NCBI GenBank assembly: GCA_013239625.1
Contig: MU054187.1
Coordinates: 24,120,853 to 24,184,432, forward strand
Length of the DNA: 63,580 nucleotides
Origin: Lama guanicoe
Lineage: Eukaryota
Direction: 5' to 3'
Below the pieces are notes generated by a model that did not search any database, was not told the DNA's origin, and worked only from the letters and a program-made list of their open reading frames with translations. Made by a program: the position numbers and the translations under genes. The number at the start of each line of letters is the position of its first letter. The stretch's first letter is position 1. Of this stretch, positions 39,241-53,768 are shown one piece after another.

Positions 39241-39835
39241 TATTCTAACTATTAAATATAATAATAAATGTACAATTTTTATCCAATAGAGAGAAAACAG
39301 TAAATAAAAGCTATAGGGTCAGTCCTAGTCTTTTTGGCTTCAATTTTGTAAAGTAGGAAAATACAGAGTAAAGTTGGCACAAAACTGTAATATAAACATA
39401 ATTAGGACTTCTGGGAAGAAAAATGAAGGGTAATGAAGAGAAGCAGAGACGGGGCAAAGTGGCCAAGAGAATATGGAATGACTTCCACTTAATTTAAGAG
39501 ATTTGAATATATAAAAAAGGCTATATGCCCTATAAATTCTTTCAGAGGGGCTAGAAGGAGATTGGACATAAGATAATTGCAAATACCTATAGAAAATTTA
39601 AATATGCATAAATACTGTTGATAAATACTGATAGCACATTTGAACAGGAAATTTCATATGTATAACCAAAGTCATTTCAAGAGTACTCCCCCTCTTTACC
39701 ACCATCAAACCAATTGAATACTATATCCTGTACATCTCTTGAATCTGCCCCTTTCTCTTCATTATTATCCACAATATAATACCAGGACCTCAATATTCTC
39801 ATCTGAACCATAGAAATTTTCTTTTAAATAATCTC

Positions 39836-40420
39836 TATAGCCAAGACATGGAAGCCACCTAAATGTCCTTCAACAGATAACTGGATAAAGAAGTTGTGGA
39901 ATATTTATACAGTGGAATACTACTCAGCCATAAAAAGAGCAAAATAATGCCATTTGCAGCAACATGGATGGACCTGGAGATTGTCATCCCAAGTGAAGTA
40001 AGCCAGAGAGAGAAAGAAAAATACCATATGATATCACTCATATGTGGAATCTAAAAAAAAGAAAAAAGAGGTCACTAATGAACTCACCTACAAAACAGAA
40101 ACAGACTCACAGACATAGTAAACAAATTTATAGTTACCAGTGGGGGAAAGGGGGTGGGAAGGGATACATTTGGGAGTTTGAGATGTATAAATGTTAGCCG
40201 CTATATATAAAAATAGATTAAAAAGAAAAACAAATTTCTTCTGTATAGCACAGGGAACTATATTCAATATCTTGTAATAACCTTTAATAAAAAAGAATAT
40301 GAAAAGAAATATATGTATGTATATGCATGACTGGGACAATGTGCTGTACACCAGAAATTGACACATTGTAACTGACTGTACTTCAATTACAAAAAAAGAA
40401 TAAAAGCAATTCAATTGAAA
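39836..40420 (+). mobile_element. 5'-truncated L1 3' end
   Basis: atagccaagacatggaagc...ccagaaattgacacattgtaactgactgtacttcaat plus an A-tail. Confidence 0.93.
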
Positions 40421-40425
40421 AAAAT

Positions 40426-40616
40426 CGGGGGTAGGAAGGGACAGACTGGGAGTTCAAGATTTGTAGATACTAACAGGTATGTATAGAATAGATGAGCAAG
40501 TTTATACTGTATAGCACAGGGAAACATATTCAAGATCTTGTAGTAGCTCATACATATATCCATTTTTATATTCTTTTTCACCATAAGTTACTACAGGATA
40601 TTGACCATAGTTCCTG
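40426..40616. mobile_element. Two L1 3' UTR pieces fused in opposite orientations
   Basis: Sense piece 40426-40550, then an antisense piece 40551-40616. Confidence 0.8.
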
Positions 40617-41730
40617 GAATTTCCTCTGCCTCCCTCCTTCTGTTTATTCTGTGAGTGTGCCCAAGTATCTCACCCTTACATGAACATTCAGTCCTGTTAC
40701 TTCAATTATTATGTTTAAGTGGCTAACTATCAAATTTGAACCTTTGATCCTGAGTTGTCATCTTTATTTCAGTCCCATATTGGCAAGATCTGCATATTAC
40801 TAATATATCTGATTAAAGCAGCTTGCATTAGATCTGTTTCATCACTGCTCATTTCAACCTAGTGTTCCCATGTTCTGTAAAAAGAAGCATCTTTTAATAA
40901 ACCGCCATTAGAATGGGGTGGGGAGATGGACTGTGATGAGATAGGCATTCGGAAAGACTACAGGAAATACTCAGCATAGTAACATTGATAGTCAATTTTC
41001 CCCATTTAATTTCTCCAACCCAGAAAAGAATAAACTGTCCAGGGTGCTGAATTTTAGAGGGTATGCTGAAGTCAGGGTTATGGTGGGTTTGTTTTTTATA
41101 ACATCTAAGAAATCTAATTGAAAGAAAGAATGTGGCATTTTGGAATGAGGCTCAACCCCAGGTAAAGGGCTTAAGGATGTTAAGCATTAGCTTCCCAGCC
41201 ACACTCCCCTTACCCCCTGCTCACTTAACCATGTGGCTAGAGCTTTAGATCTTCACTCAAGAGACTACACTACCCAGAGGGTAGACAGGCTCCGGGAACT
41301 CGAGGAAATGGTTATATACATGGGATTAGATTAGCAGGAGCAATGCGATGTTCATACAGGCTCCAAGATTGGAAGGAGGGCTTAAATCTATCTTCATGTT
41401 TCCCTAAATACCAAGCCCAGAATTTCTGGACAAAAACTACCAAGTGAAGAAGGAACTCCTTAGTCTGTCTATCTAGTCTAGCTTCTCGTGAATTTGATAT
41501 TCTCAAGCTAGATCTGTAAACAGCTATCTAATTCATGGATTCCTTTAAACAGGAAGGATTTCTTTACTCTGTCAAGTGGTCAGCAGCCCATTTAAGCTCT
41601 TCCAGTGGGAGAACACTCTATCTCCCAAGTTACATTATTTTATTCTAAGCATTTTTTCCCTGGATTCCTGACATATTGCTTATTTAACTTTAGGTTTAAC
41701 ATCTATCTGTGCATCACAGGTTTACTTTAA

Positions 41731-41913
41731 CTCATTGTTCTTAACCCTGTCTGCATATTAGAATCAGTATGAGTCCTTAAAAAATACCACTTCCTAAGCC
41801 CCACCTCTAGAGTTTCTGTTTCGATTGGTCTAAGGTATACTGATAATTACCGATAATATTTCAAAGCTCTCTAGGTGATGTTAATGAGCAACCACAGTTT
41901 TCTAATCCACTGC
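41731..41913. mobile_element. hAT-Charlie MITE (MER5-like)
   Basis: gttcttaaccctg.ctgcatattagaatca...gccccacc..tagag...ctaggtgat...ccactg. Confidence 0.7.
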
Positions 41914-42869
41914 TTTAAGGTTCGGTACCTGCAGAAAGGTAATCCAGTCTTGTATCTTTCCCCATGTTCTCCTTGCTTTTTGAAGTTTGGGGAAATACTA
42001 TTTGGAATATCACTTATTTGTTATAAACTGTTATAGAGTAGTTACCATGTATCATGGATTGGGCTAGTTACAGAAAATAAAAAGAGGATTAATACACTTC
42101 TCCTGTCTTCAAAAACACATATTTGAGTGGGTGAAATAGAGCGAAAAATATGTAATTGTAATATATGTTGATAAATGTAATTTTTTAAAAAAACAAATAT
42201 AATCATTTTGGAAGTACAAAGAAGAAAACTAAAAAAAAAAAATACTAAGCCATAGTGAAAGGATAAAGTGGGGAGGTTTTCTGTTGAGTGAGTCTGAAAG
42301 AAGGAGTAGGAATTTATTAAGTGGATGAGATACGGCAACCAGGCAGAAAGGCCAAAGCCGAGGCACGAGTTAAGAAACAATGCTGCATTCCTGGGGCCAC
42401 ACACAATATTTTTATGTTACTAGAGCAGTGTTTGAGTCACAGAAGGGCAAGAGGGATGCTTAAGAGGAGAACACAGAATTGAGAACATGTTCGCACGTAT
42501 GTGTTCACTTACGTGTGTCATATATGTGAACTTAAATTCCATCCTGTAGGTAACAGGAAAACATTAAATGGCATTAAAGAAAGGAGGACATTGTCTTATG
42601 ACAAAATATTGATATTTCTGGTAAATAGGGGTGTGAAACTCTGTAAACAGAAGCTCATGAAACTAGTAGAAAGAGATGTGAAATGTATGTAAACATATAC
42701 CCTCTTGTCATCCAAATCCAGGTAAATGATGAACAAATAAGAAAAAAAATTTAACCTTTTTTTTTGTAAAGCAGTACAAAGAGCTAAATGCCAGAATGTT
42801 GTAATAACCCAAACCCAGTAAGTGGTCATAAAAAGTTTACTTTTCAGTGCCTAACACTATATAACTAGC

Positions 42870-43195
42870 TGTGGCAGACTGGTATTAGGTCCTTTTTTGG
42901 GAACAGAGCTAAATGGCACTCCCCAGTCTCCTTAGAGGTAGCTGGAACCATGAGTACTGGCAAGAGAACATGGGTGGGTATTAGAGATGCCTGACCTGGC
43001 TCCTAAACCATCTTGTAAGATCATCCATACTCTTCCTCTCTTATGACTTGAAGCCAAAGTTAGAAATGGCTTTCCCGATGACTGCACTCAACTGTGACCT
43101 GAATGACCTTTCCTGCTGACTTGCAGTCAGCTATGACCTTTATTGTGTTAATTATTGAGATCTGGAGTTTACAGCATTTAGTTTACCCTAATGCA
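42870..43195 (+). mobile_element. MaLR LTR (MLT1-like)
   Basis: tgtggcagactg start; ctttattgtgttaa...tgagat...tttacagca...accctaatgca end. Confidence 0.6.
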
Positions 43196-43738
43196 AGTGT
43201 CAAAGTTCAATCCCCAAAATAAATGATATAAGGTCTATTTGGTACATCTAGTTTAAAAGCCAGGATCATGCTATGATTATTTTATGATTATTTATCTTAT
43301 TTTCATTTCCTCAAAGTATTTATAAGGATAGCAAACAGCAAGAGTTATTTTTGATATCACCATATCATACCAAAAACACAGAGAGAGCTGATCAGCGGAG
43401 TCTAGGGTTTCTGCTTGTTTTCATCTCTAGGCATCCTCTTACTCTACCTTGGGTCTTACCTTCAGGTCATTTTATTCTTCCAGGTACCTCCCTCCTCTCT
43501 CTTGGTCTAAAAGTGTCCTTGGATGCCATCTAAAACATGGTGGCTGGGATTACAAGGATGAACATCCCCAGCCAACACACACTCTGTATTCACATGAAGA
43601 GGTCATGCATTTTATTAGACAGAGTATTACACACAATGATTAACTCTTCTTTTACAGCTAATGAGGCTGAGAGTCCTGTTGTGAAGCTTGTGACTGATCC
43701 CAAACTAGAACATGAAAGCTGGAATCAAGAAATAGTGA

Positions 43739-44343
43739 AGGAGCCCTGCTTCAAAAAGACACCTGCACCCCAATGTTCATAGCAGCACCATTTGCAACAG
43801 CCAAGACATGGAAACAACCTAAATGTCCATCAACAGGTGACTGGATAAAGAAACTGTGGTGTATTTACACAATGGAATACTATTCACCCATAAAAATGAC
43901 AACATAATGCCATTTGCAGCAACATGGATGCTCCTGGAGAATGTCATTCTAAATGAAGTAAGCCAGAAAGAGAAACAAAAATACCATATGAGAGCGCTTA
44001 TATGTGGAAACCTAAAAAAAAAAAAAAGAAGACAAATGAACTTAAATATAAAACAGAAACAGACTCAGAGACATAGAATACAAACTTGTGCTGCCGGGGG
44101 GAAAGGGGTGGGAAGGGACAGACTGGGGGTATAAGATTTGTAGATACTGACTGGTGTATATAGAATAGATAATCAAGTTTATATTGTATAGCACAGGGAA
44201 ATATATACAAAATCTTGTAGTAGCTCATGGTGAAAAAGAATATGAAAACGAGTATATGTATATTCATGTAAACTGATAAACTGTGCTGTGCACCAGAAAG
44301 GGACACAACATTGTAAACTGACTGTAACTCAATAAAATAAGAA
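43739..44343 (+). mobile_element. 5'-truncated L1 3' end
   Basis: ORF 43856-44134 ([16 protein letters not shown]); TSD aagaaatagtga (43727-43738, 44344-44355). Confidence 0.95.
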
Positions 44344-44741
44344 AAGAAATAGTGAGATGGCTTACCACTTTTTCCCTGCTGTGTCTATGGGAGAACATAC
44401 TCTTTGTCATAATTGAAAGCAGGATGTTTTTGCAAGGAATTTCAGGTGAGATGAAAAATGTTTTCCTTTCTTTCCTAAGAAGCAGCAATAGTAATTCCTC
44501 TTTTGGCATAATTTCAGGCACAGCATAAATAGTTCCCTTTTTTTTTTAGTTTAATTTTTGTCTTAGTCTGGACATCAGTTGCACAAAGCATAAAACAAAA
44601 GCAGCTGCAGAATCATCTATCTCTTCATGGACCAGACGTAAAATCCCCTTCCTCCTATATCTGTGCATGTAGGGGGTGTAAGGGTATGAGGTATTAAGCG
44701 TACTAAGCATAAAAAAAATTGCTATAAGGAAAGAAAGGAAG

Positions 44742-44742
44742 A

Positions 44743-44798
<56 letters not shown>
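44742..44798. repeat. (TA)n microsatellite
   Basis: Seen directly. Confidence 0.95.
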
Positions 44799-46339
44799 GA
44801 CGGCTGCCATAAATTATATTTTGCCCCTTCCAGGCAACCCCCAACAAAGAAATCCTTTCCAAAAAATATAGACTTTCTATGCCTATGTTTTTTCATATTG
44901 TACACAGGAGCAAAATTATGTTTCCCTTTGCCTTCCAGCTTTTCCACAGGGAACAATCAGCTTTCCATAAGAGTACTCTGACATTATTTTTTAAAAAATC
45001 TCTCTAGAGCATTATTGCAACAGGCTACATAGATCAAGAGGAAAACACCTGGAAATTGCTGGATGTAGTAAGTCATTCATAAGATTTTCATTTTACTTTT
45101 AATGGAACAGAAAACCATGACAGCACAGATACTGGAGAAGTGGCCCAGCCACTAAAGAGGTTAGAAGATATAAGAACCCTTGAAATCCTCTTAAGTAATC
45201 AGTGTACTGGCCTGTTTTCTAATTTCACAGAAAAAAAGTTAAAATTCCTCTCAACATGTGCCTTAGTGGAAGTCAAAATTTAACACCTGTTTGCTGTGAA
45301 GACAAATGCTACAAACATTTGAAATGTAAAGCAGTCTATGCTAAAGTTAATATCTTTATAATATATACCAAATATCAAGTCCAAATATATGCATGTCTCT
45401 ACTTGCTTTACAAATTCTCTTCACTTCTCAAATGTAACAGCATTAAGGGAGTGGACAGTCAAATGAGCGAATCTGTGAATGGCAAACAGGTTTCTTCTAA
45501 CTGATCGTGAGGGCCAGGAAGTTCAGAGGATTTTGAAAGCTTTTCTAGTATCAGAGGGCAGGGATGGATAATTGTTGATCTCCTGAGGACCAGAAGTACA
45601 TGGTAACAGTATGCAATGTTCTGTACTTGGCCTCCCTGGGCTAATGGAAATTTAATACACAGAAAACACATAGCCATTCTGGTTGTGGTGGGGTGGCATA
45701 CAGACATAGGCCAAAGTGGTCTTCCTTGTTACCCAAAGCCTGAAAGCCACCTCAGAGATGTAGCTTCTTATGGATGCCCCACAGCTAGAAACAGGTCAGT
45801 CACAGCTTCTGGAGTTTGAAAGGCCTGTGCTGATTATTTCCCACCTTGCCTCTGGGTTCCCGCACATTCTATATAAATTCCCAAATATTGCATAACACAG
45901 TTATTTGCATTTATATATGCATAAATGCATAGAATGCATTTACTTGTCTCTTTTAATTTAACCTTTTTGCTACTATTACGTTACAGTAGTCATAGTAGTC
46001 ATATAGTATACAAACCAGAACATTTTGGAAATAAAAAGAGCTAATTTTATAATTATATGGGACAATAGAAGATATAAACCAGAACTTTTGGGAAAACTAG
46101 GTATATTCCCAATTTATAAATCAAATTAATAGTTCCAATCAGATAAACTGTTGTTAACAGGAAAAAGATCATGCAATTTCTTTTCTGTAAATATTAGGAT
46201 TCAATGAACTATATATATATATAGTATATATAATTATCATATTCCTAACTGGAATTCTAGTTCTTTTTAATCCCTTCTTCTTACAGATCAACTGGGTGCT
46301 CTTTATTATTACTATTATTATTTATTATTATTAATAAAA

Positions 46340-47400
46340 TCACATTATTCCTCTGCTCACAGATCTTTCATTTACTTTCTCATTGCACTTAGCATAAAAT
46401 GTAACACCTTACAATGTTCTGTAAGTATCAGCTAGACCCTACACACATCTTCCATTGTTTCTCCCCTCGCTCTCTGCCTTTCTGCCAACTTGGACTTCTT
46501 AGTACTCTTAGTGTCAAATAATTTCCAAATTTAAGGCCTTCATATTTGCTGTTTGCCTCCACTGGAATGCTCCTTTCTGGCCCTTTCTTATCCTTTAGGT
46601 CTTATCTGTGACTTCTGTTAAACTGTAAAGTCTCCCAAAAGCTTGGCTTGACTGTATTGTGTAAAGTGGTGTCCTTCCCCGAATTATTCTGTTTGTTTCA
46701 TTCTTATCGTAATTCACCATCTTTTTTTTTTCACTTCATTTGTTATTTACAACAATTACTGAGCATCTAGTATGTGCTCCTGACTAGCAGGATCATCAGA
46801 GAGGGATTCAACGAAGACATTGCAATCAAATTGGCATTGAAGAATGGCAAAAAGAGAGTCAAGTGGAAATAGTGAGGGAAGAACTTTCCAGGGAGAAGGA
46901 AAAGCAACTGTGAAGGCTTTGAAACGGTGTGAGAAGGCTGGGGCAGCTATTTTACCATGAATAAAAGAAAAAACAATTATAGGAAATGAGGCCAGACAGA
47001 AAATGGTACATGGAACCTTGAATTCCACTGGAAAAGTGTTTAAATTGAAGTATAATTGTAATGGGAAGGTACTAGGGGGGTTAGAAATAGAGAAATGAAA
47101 CAATCTAATGTATACTTTTCAAAAATTACCAGTCTGTCCTACTTAGAATAGAATATCAGTATAAATGTAGAGGCAAGAAAACTAATTAGGAAGTTTTACT
47201 GTAATCCAAATGACCCAAGGCGATAACTGCATAAATGGAGAAAAATCAACAAAACTGTGGTGTGTTTAAGAAAGGGAAACAACTGGAAATGCTGATAAAC
47301 TGACTGTGCAGGGAACATTTTTACCTTCTTTACTATTGTGACTTCAGTACTTGGCAGAATGCCCAGACAGCAGTGCATGATGCCACTGAAAGAGGAGACT
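46340..47400. mobile_element. Old L2 fragments (plus strand to ~46730, minus strand after)
   Basis: aaggccttcatatttgctgtt..ctggaatgctc; ctgagcatctagtatgtgc; gtagaggcaagaaaactaattaggaag. Confidence 0.55.
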
Positions 47401-48882
47401 ACTCATTGCAAAGCCAGGGTTAATTCATACTATTGTGGAGAAACGTACAAAACAAGCCTCAAAGTATTTCTCAAATATTCTCCAGGGAGAGAGAGCAGAA
47501 TGTACCACTGACAAATGTTCTCCATCATGTAAGAGGGTTGAGTGGTTATACAAAATTGACACCATATAACACAAGAGAACAGCATCTCTTCAAAAGTAAC
47601 ATGAATAAAACGCAAAGCACGATGATACGCCCTGTGTGTGCTTCATGAGCAAGCGAAATGTGTCTAATTTTGTCCTCCTTAGGGTCTACTACACAGCAGA
47701 CGAGCAATGAATATTTGATGAATGAACGAAGAAATGAAGAGTAAGAAATAGTTGTGTATTTTGTTTCATTTAATTACTGAAAAACATAACTCTGTATTGG
47801 GTTTTTGTCAACTTAACTCCATGAAATGTGACTTAGGTTAGACAAGTAGATTCGTTCAGTTCTGAAGAAGCATCCACTGTGTAGCAGCAAGGAATAGTGT
47901 TGATACTCAGGTAAGAGAGGCTGCTTCTGTAGGCGGGTCCACCTGCTGATTTATTCATTGTGGTAATGGTTGTTGGTCAACAATGTCCCGCACAAGTTGA
48001 ATCAGTGTTGAAGGAAACAGTCAAAATAATCTGACTGTGCTCAGTCAGAATTTCTATTTCCTTTTTCAGTATATTGGGCAGAGAAATGGGCAGTAAGTAT
48101 ATGACTCATTTTTATGGGTCAGACATGCTGGCTATCACAGGGAAAGGTGCTTATTTGACTTCACAGAGTGTGAAATAAGATAAAAAATATTCTGCTTCAA
48201 ACTCACATCTATCATTTCAAGCACTTGTTCAAGTAACATATCTCAGTGACATATTCAGAAGCTAAGTAGTCCAAATTTATGTCTTCAGGGCTAAAATGCC
48301 ACAAGGCTAAATGTTTTGAATAGAATACCAAGATTTTAAAATATGACCCAAACTATGGGACAAGTGGTTCAGCTGCCAAAAATTTGACTCTCATGAATAA
48401 TTTTCTTCACTTGTTAAAGAAAGAAATCAAAGAAATACTGCTGTAGGGCATATTTTAAAACACACTGCTATACTATTACAAAAACATGTAGAAATACTTA
48501 CCACCTCGATTGCCATCAAAGAACACATTGACACTTTATCTCCTTAGTTGCAAAATTCAGCTTTACTGCTTTTGAGGCTAGTATGCTTGTTGACTTTCAT
48601 TTGATGAATTGTTGAAAGAAACTCCATGAAACAGCTCTCCATATGTTCTGGCTAGATTTTCCTATCTGAATATCAAAGCTATTTAATAATGTCTTGAAAT
48701 AAGAGTTCCCTGCAATGCAAAGTTGTGAGTGGGAATTTTCTAAAATAGTAGAAACAAAATGTAGAAGTAGATATCAGTTAGTTGTAAAACTGACCTGCAA
48801 TTCAGATTACCCATCACTGAAATAGGGTTTGTTGGTTTGTTTGTTTGTTTGTTTAGGGACTTAAAGCAGTTACATTTTACTC

Positions 48883-48955
48883 TTTTTTTTTNNNNNNNNN
48901 NNNNNNNNNNNNNNNNNNNNNNNNNNNNNNNNNNNNNNNNNNNNNNNNNNNNNNN

Positions 48956-48992
<37 letters not shown>

Positions 48993-49095
48993 TTCTTTTT
49001 CATTTCATTATAGGCTACTAGAAGATATTGAATATAGTTTCCTGTGCTACACAATACAACCTCATTGTTTATCTATTTTTTGTATATATCTATAT
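48883..49095 (-). mobile_element. Short L1 3' end spanning the gap, abutting the tail of the next L1
   Basis: gatattgaatatagtttcctgtgctac...gtttatctatttt. Confidence 0.8.
48892..48955. other. Assembly gap (64 N) between poly(T) and (TA)n
   Basis: Run of n. Confidence 1.
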
Positions 49096-51190
49096 ATTTA
49101 TTGACGTATACTCAGTTTACAATGTTGTTTCAATTTCTGGTATATGGCATAATGCTTCAGGCATACATAAACATACATATATTCGTTTTCATAATCTTTT
49201 TGACCGTAAGTGACTACAAGATACTGAATATAGTTCCCTGTGCTATACAGTACAAATTTGTTGCTTAACTCATATATATATATATTAGTTAGTATCTGCA
49301 AACCTCAAACTCCCAGTTTATCCATTCCCAACCCCTTACTCCTCTGGTAACCATAAGGTTGTTTTCTACGTCCGTGATTCTGTTTCTGTTTGTAAATAAA
49401 TTCATCTGTCTTTTTTTTTCAGATTCTACATGTAAGTGATATCATATGGTATTTTTCTTTCTCATTCTGGCTTACTTCACTTAAAATGACAATCTCCAGG
49501 TGTATCTATGTTGCTGCAAATGGAATTATTTTATTATTTTTATGGCTGCATAGTAGTCTGTTATGTCTGTTATTTAAATAAACAACAGTTTCTTTATCCA
49601 GCCATCTGTCGATGGACATTTAGGTTGCTTCCATGTCTTGGCTACTGGAAATAGTGCTGCTATGAACATTGGGGTGCATGTATCTTTTGGAAGTAAGGTT
49701 CCCTTTGGATATGCCCAGGGGTGAGATTGCTAGATCATAAGGTAAGTCTATTCCTAGCCTTTTGAGGAATCTCCATACTGTTTTCCACAGTGGCTGCACC
49801 AAACTGCATTCCCACCAGCAGTGTAGGAGGGTTCCCTTTTCTCTACACCCTCTCTAGCATTTATCATTTGTGGACTTTTAATGATGATCATTCTGTCTGG
49901 TGTGAGGTGATACCTCATTGTAATTTTGTTTTGCATTTCTCTGACAATTAGCAATATGAGCATTTTTTCATGTGCTTAGTGGCTATTTGTATCTTCATTG
50001 GAGAATTGCTTGTTTAGGTCTTCTGCCCAATTTTGGATTGGGTTGTTTGTTTTTTCTTATTGAGTTGCATGAACTGTTTATATATTCTGGAAATTAAGCC
50101 CTTGTCAGTCTCATCTATTGCAAATATTTTCTCTGATTCCATAGGTTATCTTTTTGTTTTGCTTATGGTTTATTTGCTGTACAAAAGCTTATAAGTTTAA
50201 TTAGGACTCATTTGTTTATTTTTGCTTTTGTATCTATTGCCTATCCTAGGTAGACTGTCCTAGGAGAACATTGCTAAGATTATGTTGGAAAACATTTTGC
50301 CTATGTTTTCTCCTAAGAAGTTAATAGTGCCTTGTCTTATGTTTAAGTCTATAAGCCATTTTGAGTTTATTTTTGTGTATGGTGTGAGGGATTGTCCTAG
50401 CTTCATTGGTTTACATGCAGCTGTCCAATTATCCCAACACCATTTGCTGAAGAGACTGGCTTTACTCTATTGTGTGTTCTTGCCCTACTTGTCAAAGATT
50501 AATTGACCAAAAGTCTGTGGGTTTATTTCTGGGCTCTCTATTCTGTTCCATTGATCAATATGTCTGTTTTTGTACCAATACCATGCTGTTTTGATTACTG
50601 TAGCTTTGTAGTATTGTCTAAAGTCTGGGAGGTTTATTCTTTCAGCTTCATTCTTTTCCTTCAGTATTACTTTGGCAATTCTGGGTCTTTAATGATTCCA
50701 TATAAATTTTCATGATTCCATATAAATTCCATATAAATTCTGGGTCTTTCCATGATTCTAATTCTGTGAAAAATGTCCTAGGTAATTTGATAGAGATTGC
50801 ATTAAATCTGTGGATTACTTTGGGTAGTTTGGCCATTCTAACAATGTTAATTCTTCCAAACCAAGAACATGGGATAACTTTCCATTTCTTTAAAGAAGAG
50901 ATTACTTTTCAAAATCTTCTTTAATTTCCTTAGTCAGTGTTTTGTAGCTCTCTGTTTATAAGCCTTTCACTTCCTTGGTCAGATTTATTCCTTGGAATTC
51001 TTTTTTTGGATGCAATTTTAAAAGGGATTGTTTATACTTTCCTTTTCTGATATTTCATTGTTGCAATATGCAACTTGTTTATGTATGTTGATCTTGCATC
51101 CTGCTACCTTGCCAAATTCTTACATTAGCTGTAGTAGTTTTTGTGTGGAGCCTTTAGGTGTTTCTATATATAGTATCATATCATCTGTGT
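49096..51190 (-). mobile_element. 5'-truncated L1 (~2.1 kb, 3' half of ORF2 plus 3' UTR)
   Basis: Continuous reverse-complement similarity to the L1 at 420-2200; ORFs 49620-49963 and 50648-50836. Confidence 0.95.
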
Positions 51191-51199
51191 AAAATGATA

Positions 51200-52400
51200 A
51201 AATTACTAACAGGTGGATTATAGACTTAAATATAAAAAGCAAAACAATGAGACCTCTAGAAGATTAAATAGAAAAATATTTTTATGTTATTGAAGTAGAT
51301 AAAATTTTTAAACAGGCACAGAAAGTAATAATCACAAAGGAAAAAACTGAAACATTGGACTTCTCTAAAATTAAAAATTGTTGTTAAGCAAAAGAAACCA
51401 TTAAGAGTGAAAATGAAAGCTACATAGTGGGAAAAAATATCTATAGACCATGTAGCTGACCAAGATTTTTTTTTTTCAAGAACAGAATGGACCAATAGAA
51501 ATAAAATGTGAGATCTCAGTTCTGACTAGCCACATTTAAGTTGCTCAATAGCCACCTATGTTTAGTGTTGACCAAATTAGCCGGCCCAGATTCAGAATAT
51601 AAAAGCAAGTCGATAAGATAAAGACAGGAAATTCTATTTTTAAGTATAGATAAAGGCTAAAATATAAGCTCTAAAATGCATGATCTAGAAATTATCAATA
51701 CAAAATTTAAATAAGAGTGGGGTATAACTAACTACCCTTGCACCCAAATGACAAAAATAAAAACTATGAAAAATATCAAGTCTCAGCAAGGCTGTGAAGC
51801 ATCCGGAAACTCTCAGGCCCTGCTGGCAGGAAAGTAAATATTGTATAATTTTGGAAATATTATGGAGCAGATTTTTTTTAAAACTGAGTGTCCATGTAAT
51901 CTATTATAAAACGATTATCCTCCTAAAGAAATTTGTGAGCTGCAAGAGATACTTATGAAAATGTTGATGTCATTGTTTATAATTTCCCCGAGCTTGGAAA
52001 TAACCTATATGCCCATTAACTATAGAATAACTAAATTAATAATGGTATATTCATCCAATTAAATACTACATAGCAATGAAGATTAGCAAAAAACTCTACT
52101 ATGCCTAGCATCACACAACCACTGAGCGAAACACTGAGCACAAGGACACTTACTATGGGTTTCCTTTTACACAAAGCTCAGAAATGGGCAAAATAAATCT
52201 ATTTTGATATAAAGCACATAGTCGCTACATTTAGATGGGGGTAATAACCAGAAGAGTTCAGGATACTGGGTGACAGCAGTGTTTTTACTACTTGAACCAC
52301 CCGGTTATTACAAAGATGTATTTACCTATTAAAAATTCACTGAGTTATACACGTATGACTTTTGCACATTTTTGTTTTTATGTTGTATTTCAATAAAATG
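51200..52400 (+). mobile_element. Ancient L1 (L1MC/ME-like) 3' region with a MER3-like insert at ~51485-51590
   Basis: tggattatagacttaaatataaaa...aaaattcactgagttatacac...tttcaataaaa; ccaatagaaat...tagccacattt...ctcaatagccac. Confidence 0.7.
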
Positions 52401-53563
52401 TAATGCACTTAGAATTTCTTTTTATATGACTTTAATGGGTTTCTACAATGGCCTATTTTCGGTACTTCCTTGTTTCCAGTGGTACAATTCTCCAAACGAC
52501 TCAGTCCATTACTGCTGGGACTTACTGCTCTGACCTGCAATCAAGCTTGTCAGTGTTCAATTAAAATCAACAAAGAATGTAAAGGCTAAGCAAAAGCAAA
52601 ATTGTCAAGACCTTATTATTGAAACAAAATATGTTAAAATTATATACTGAATTTCCCAGACTGCATTATTTAAATGTTTGCTAATTTTCAGCACAATTTA
52701 CTGGAAACTGCTGAAGAGGAACTTAATGAAATTGTGACTGAAGTTAAACCCAAAAGAATCCAATGTACTTTCCAGAGGGAAAGAAGAGTTTTCCCTAGCT
52801 GACAAAAATCTTTGACCACATTTTATGAGAATTCTTAAAGCCTAACTTCAATTTATTCTAACACAGACTTGCCATAAAATCATCTTTCTCAGGCCTCAAA
52901 AACGTTAAAGAGACTTAAAACATTAGATTTGGGGTAGGGAAAAGATAGATAAATGTTTTGATAAGAGAATTCAAAATGGATAGAAATGGATTTTAGTAAG
53001 AAAAAAACTTGAATCTGCTTTCAAATTCATATTGCAAATCATAATCATCATGTTACACTCTTGAGTTCCAGAGTAGTTGTGATCTTCTTACACCTAAATT
53101 CTGATCTATTTCCAGGGTCCATTGGATTGTATCAAGCAATCTTAACTATGCATTCCTTTGTTCATTCACTCATCAATTTATTGGAGCTTTCTGAGCTACA
53201 ATTATGTGCTGGATTCTAGGATGAATATCATTATATATATATGTGGACAAAAGAGCACAATTATAAGAGAAAGAGAGAAAAAGAGGAGGTGCTATGATAG
53301 CTAACAATAGGCTAGGAAAATGCAGAGAGTGTTAGAGAAAATTTCGCTGAAGTGAAATTTTTCAGGACATGAAGAATGCACATGAAGCCATAGATAAAGG
53401 TAAGGTGGTAGGAGCCAGTACGGAATCAGAGTTGGGAAAAGGGATAACATTCCAAGCAGAAAAAATATACAGGAAAAAAGGTTTTGCAGTGAAGGTAAGC
53501 CATAATCAAAACAGAATGGAGAATGTAGTAGCTAAATGAAACATAACCAAGAAAAAAAAAAGT

Positions 53564-53768
53564 AGCTAGTATCTGCAAATCTCATACTTCCGATTTATCC
53601 CTTCCTACCTCCTTCCCTCACTGGTAGTCATAAGTGTTTTCTATGTCTGTGATTCTGTTCCTGTTTTGTAAATAAGTTTATTTCTGTCTTTTTGTTTCAG
53701 GCTCAAACATTGTACTATTCTCCAGAAATTGATACAAAGTTGTAAACTGACTATACTACAATAAAAAA
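53564..53768 (+). mobile_element. Short 5'-inverted L1 (twin-priming structure)
   Basis: Antisense 3' UTR piece 53564-53700, then the sense terminal piece with aataaa and A's. Flanks aagaaaaaaaaaagt and aagaacaaaaagt. Confidence 0.8.
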
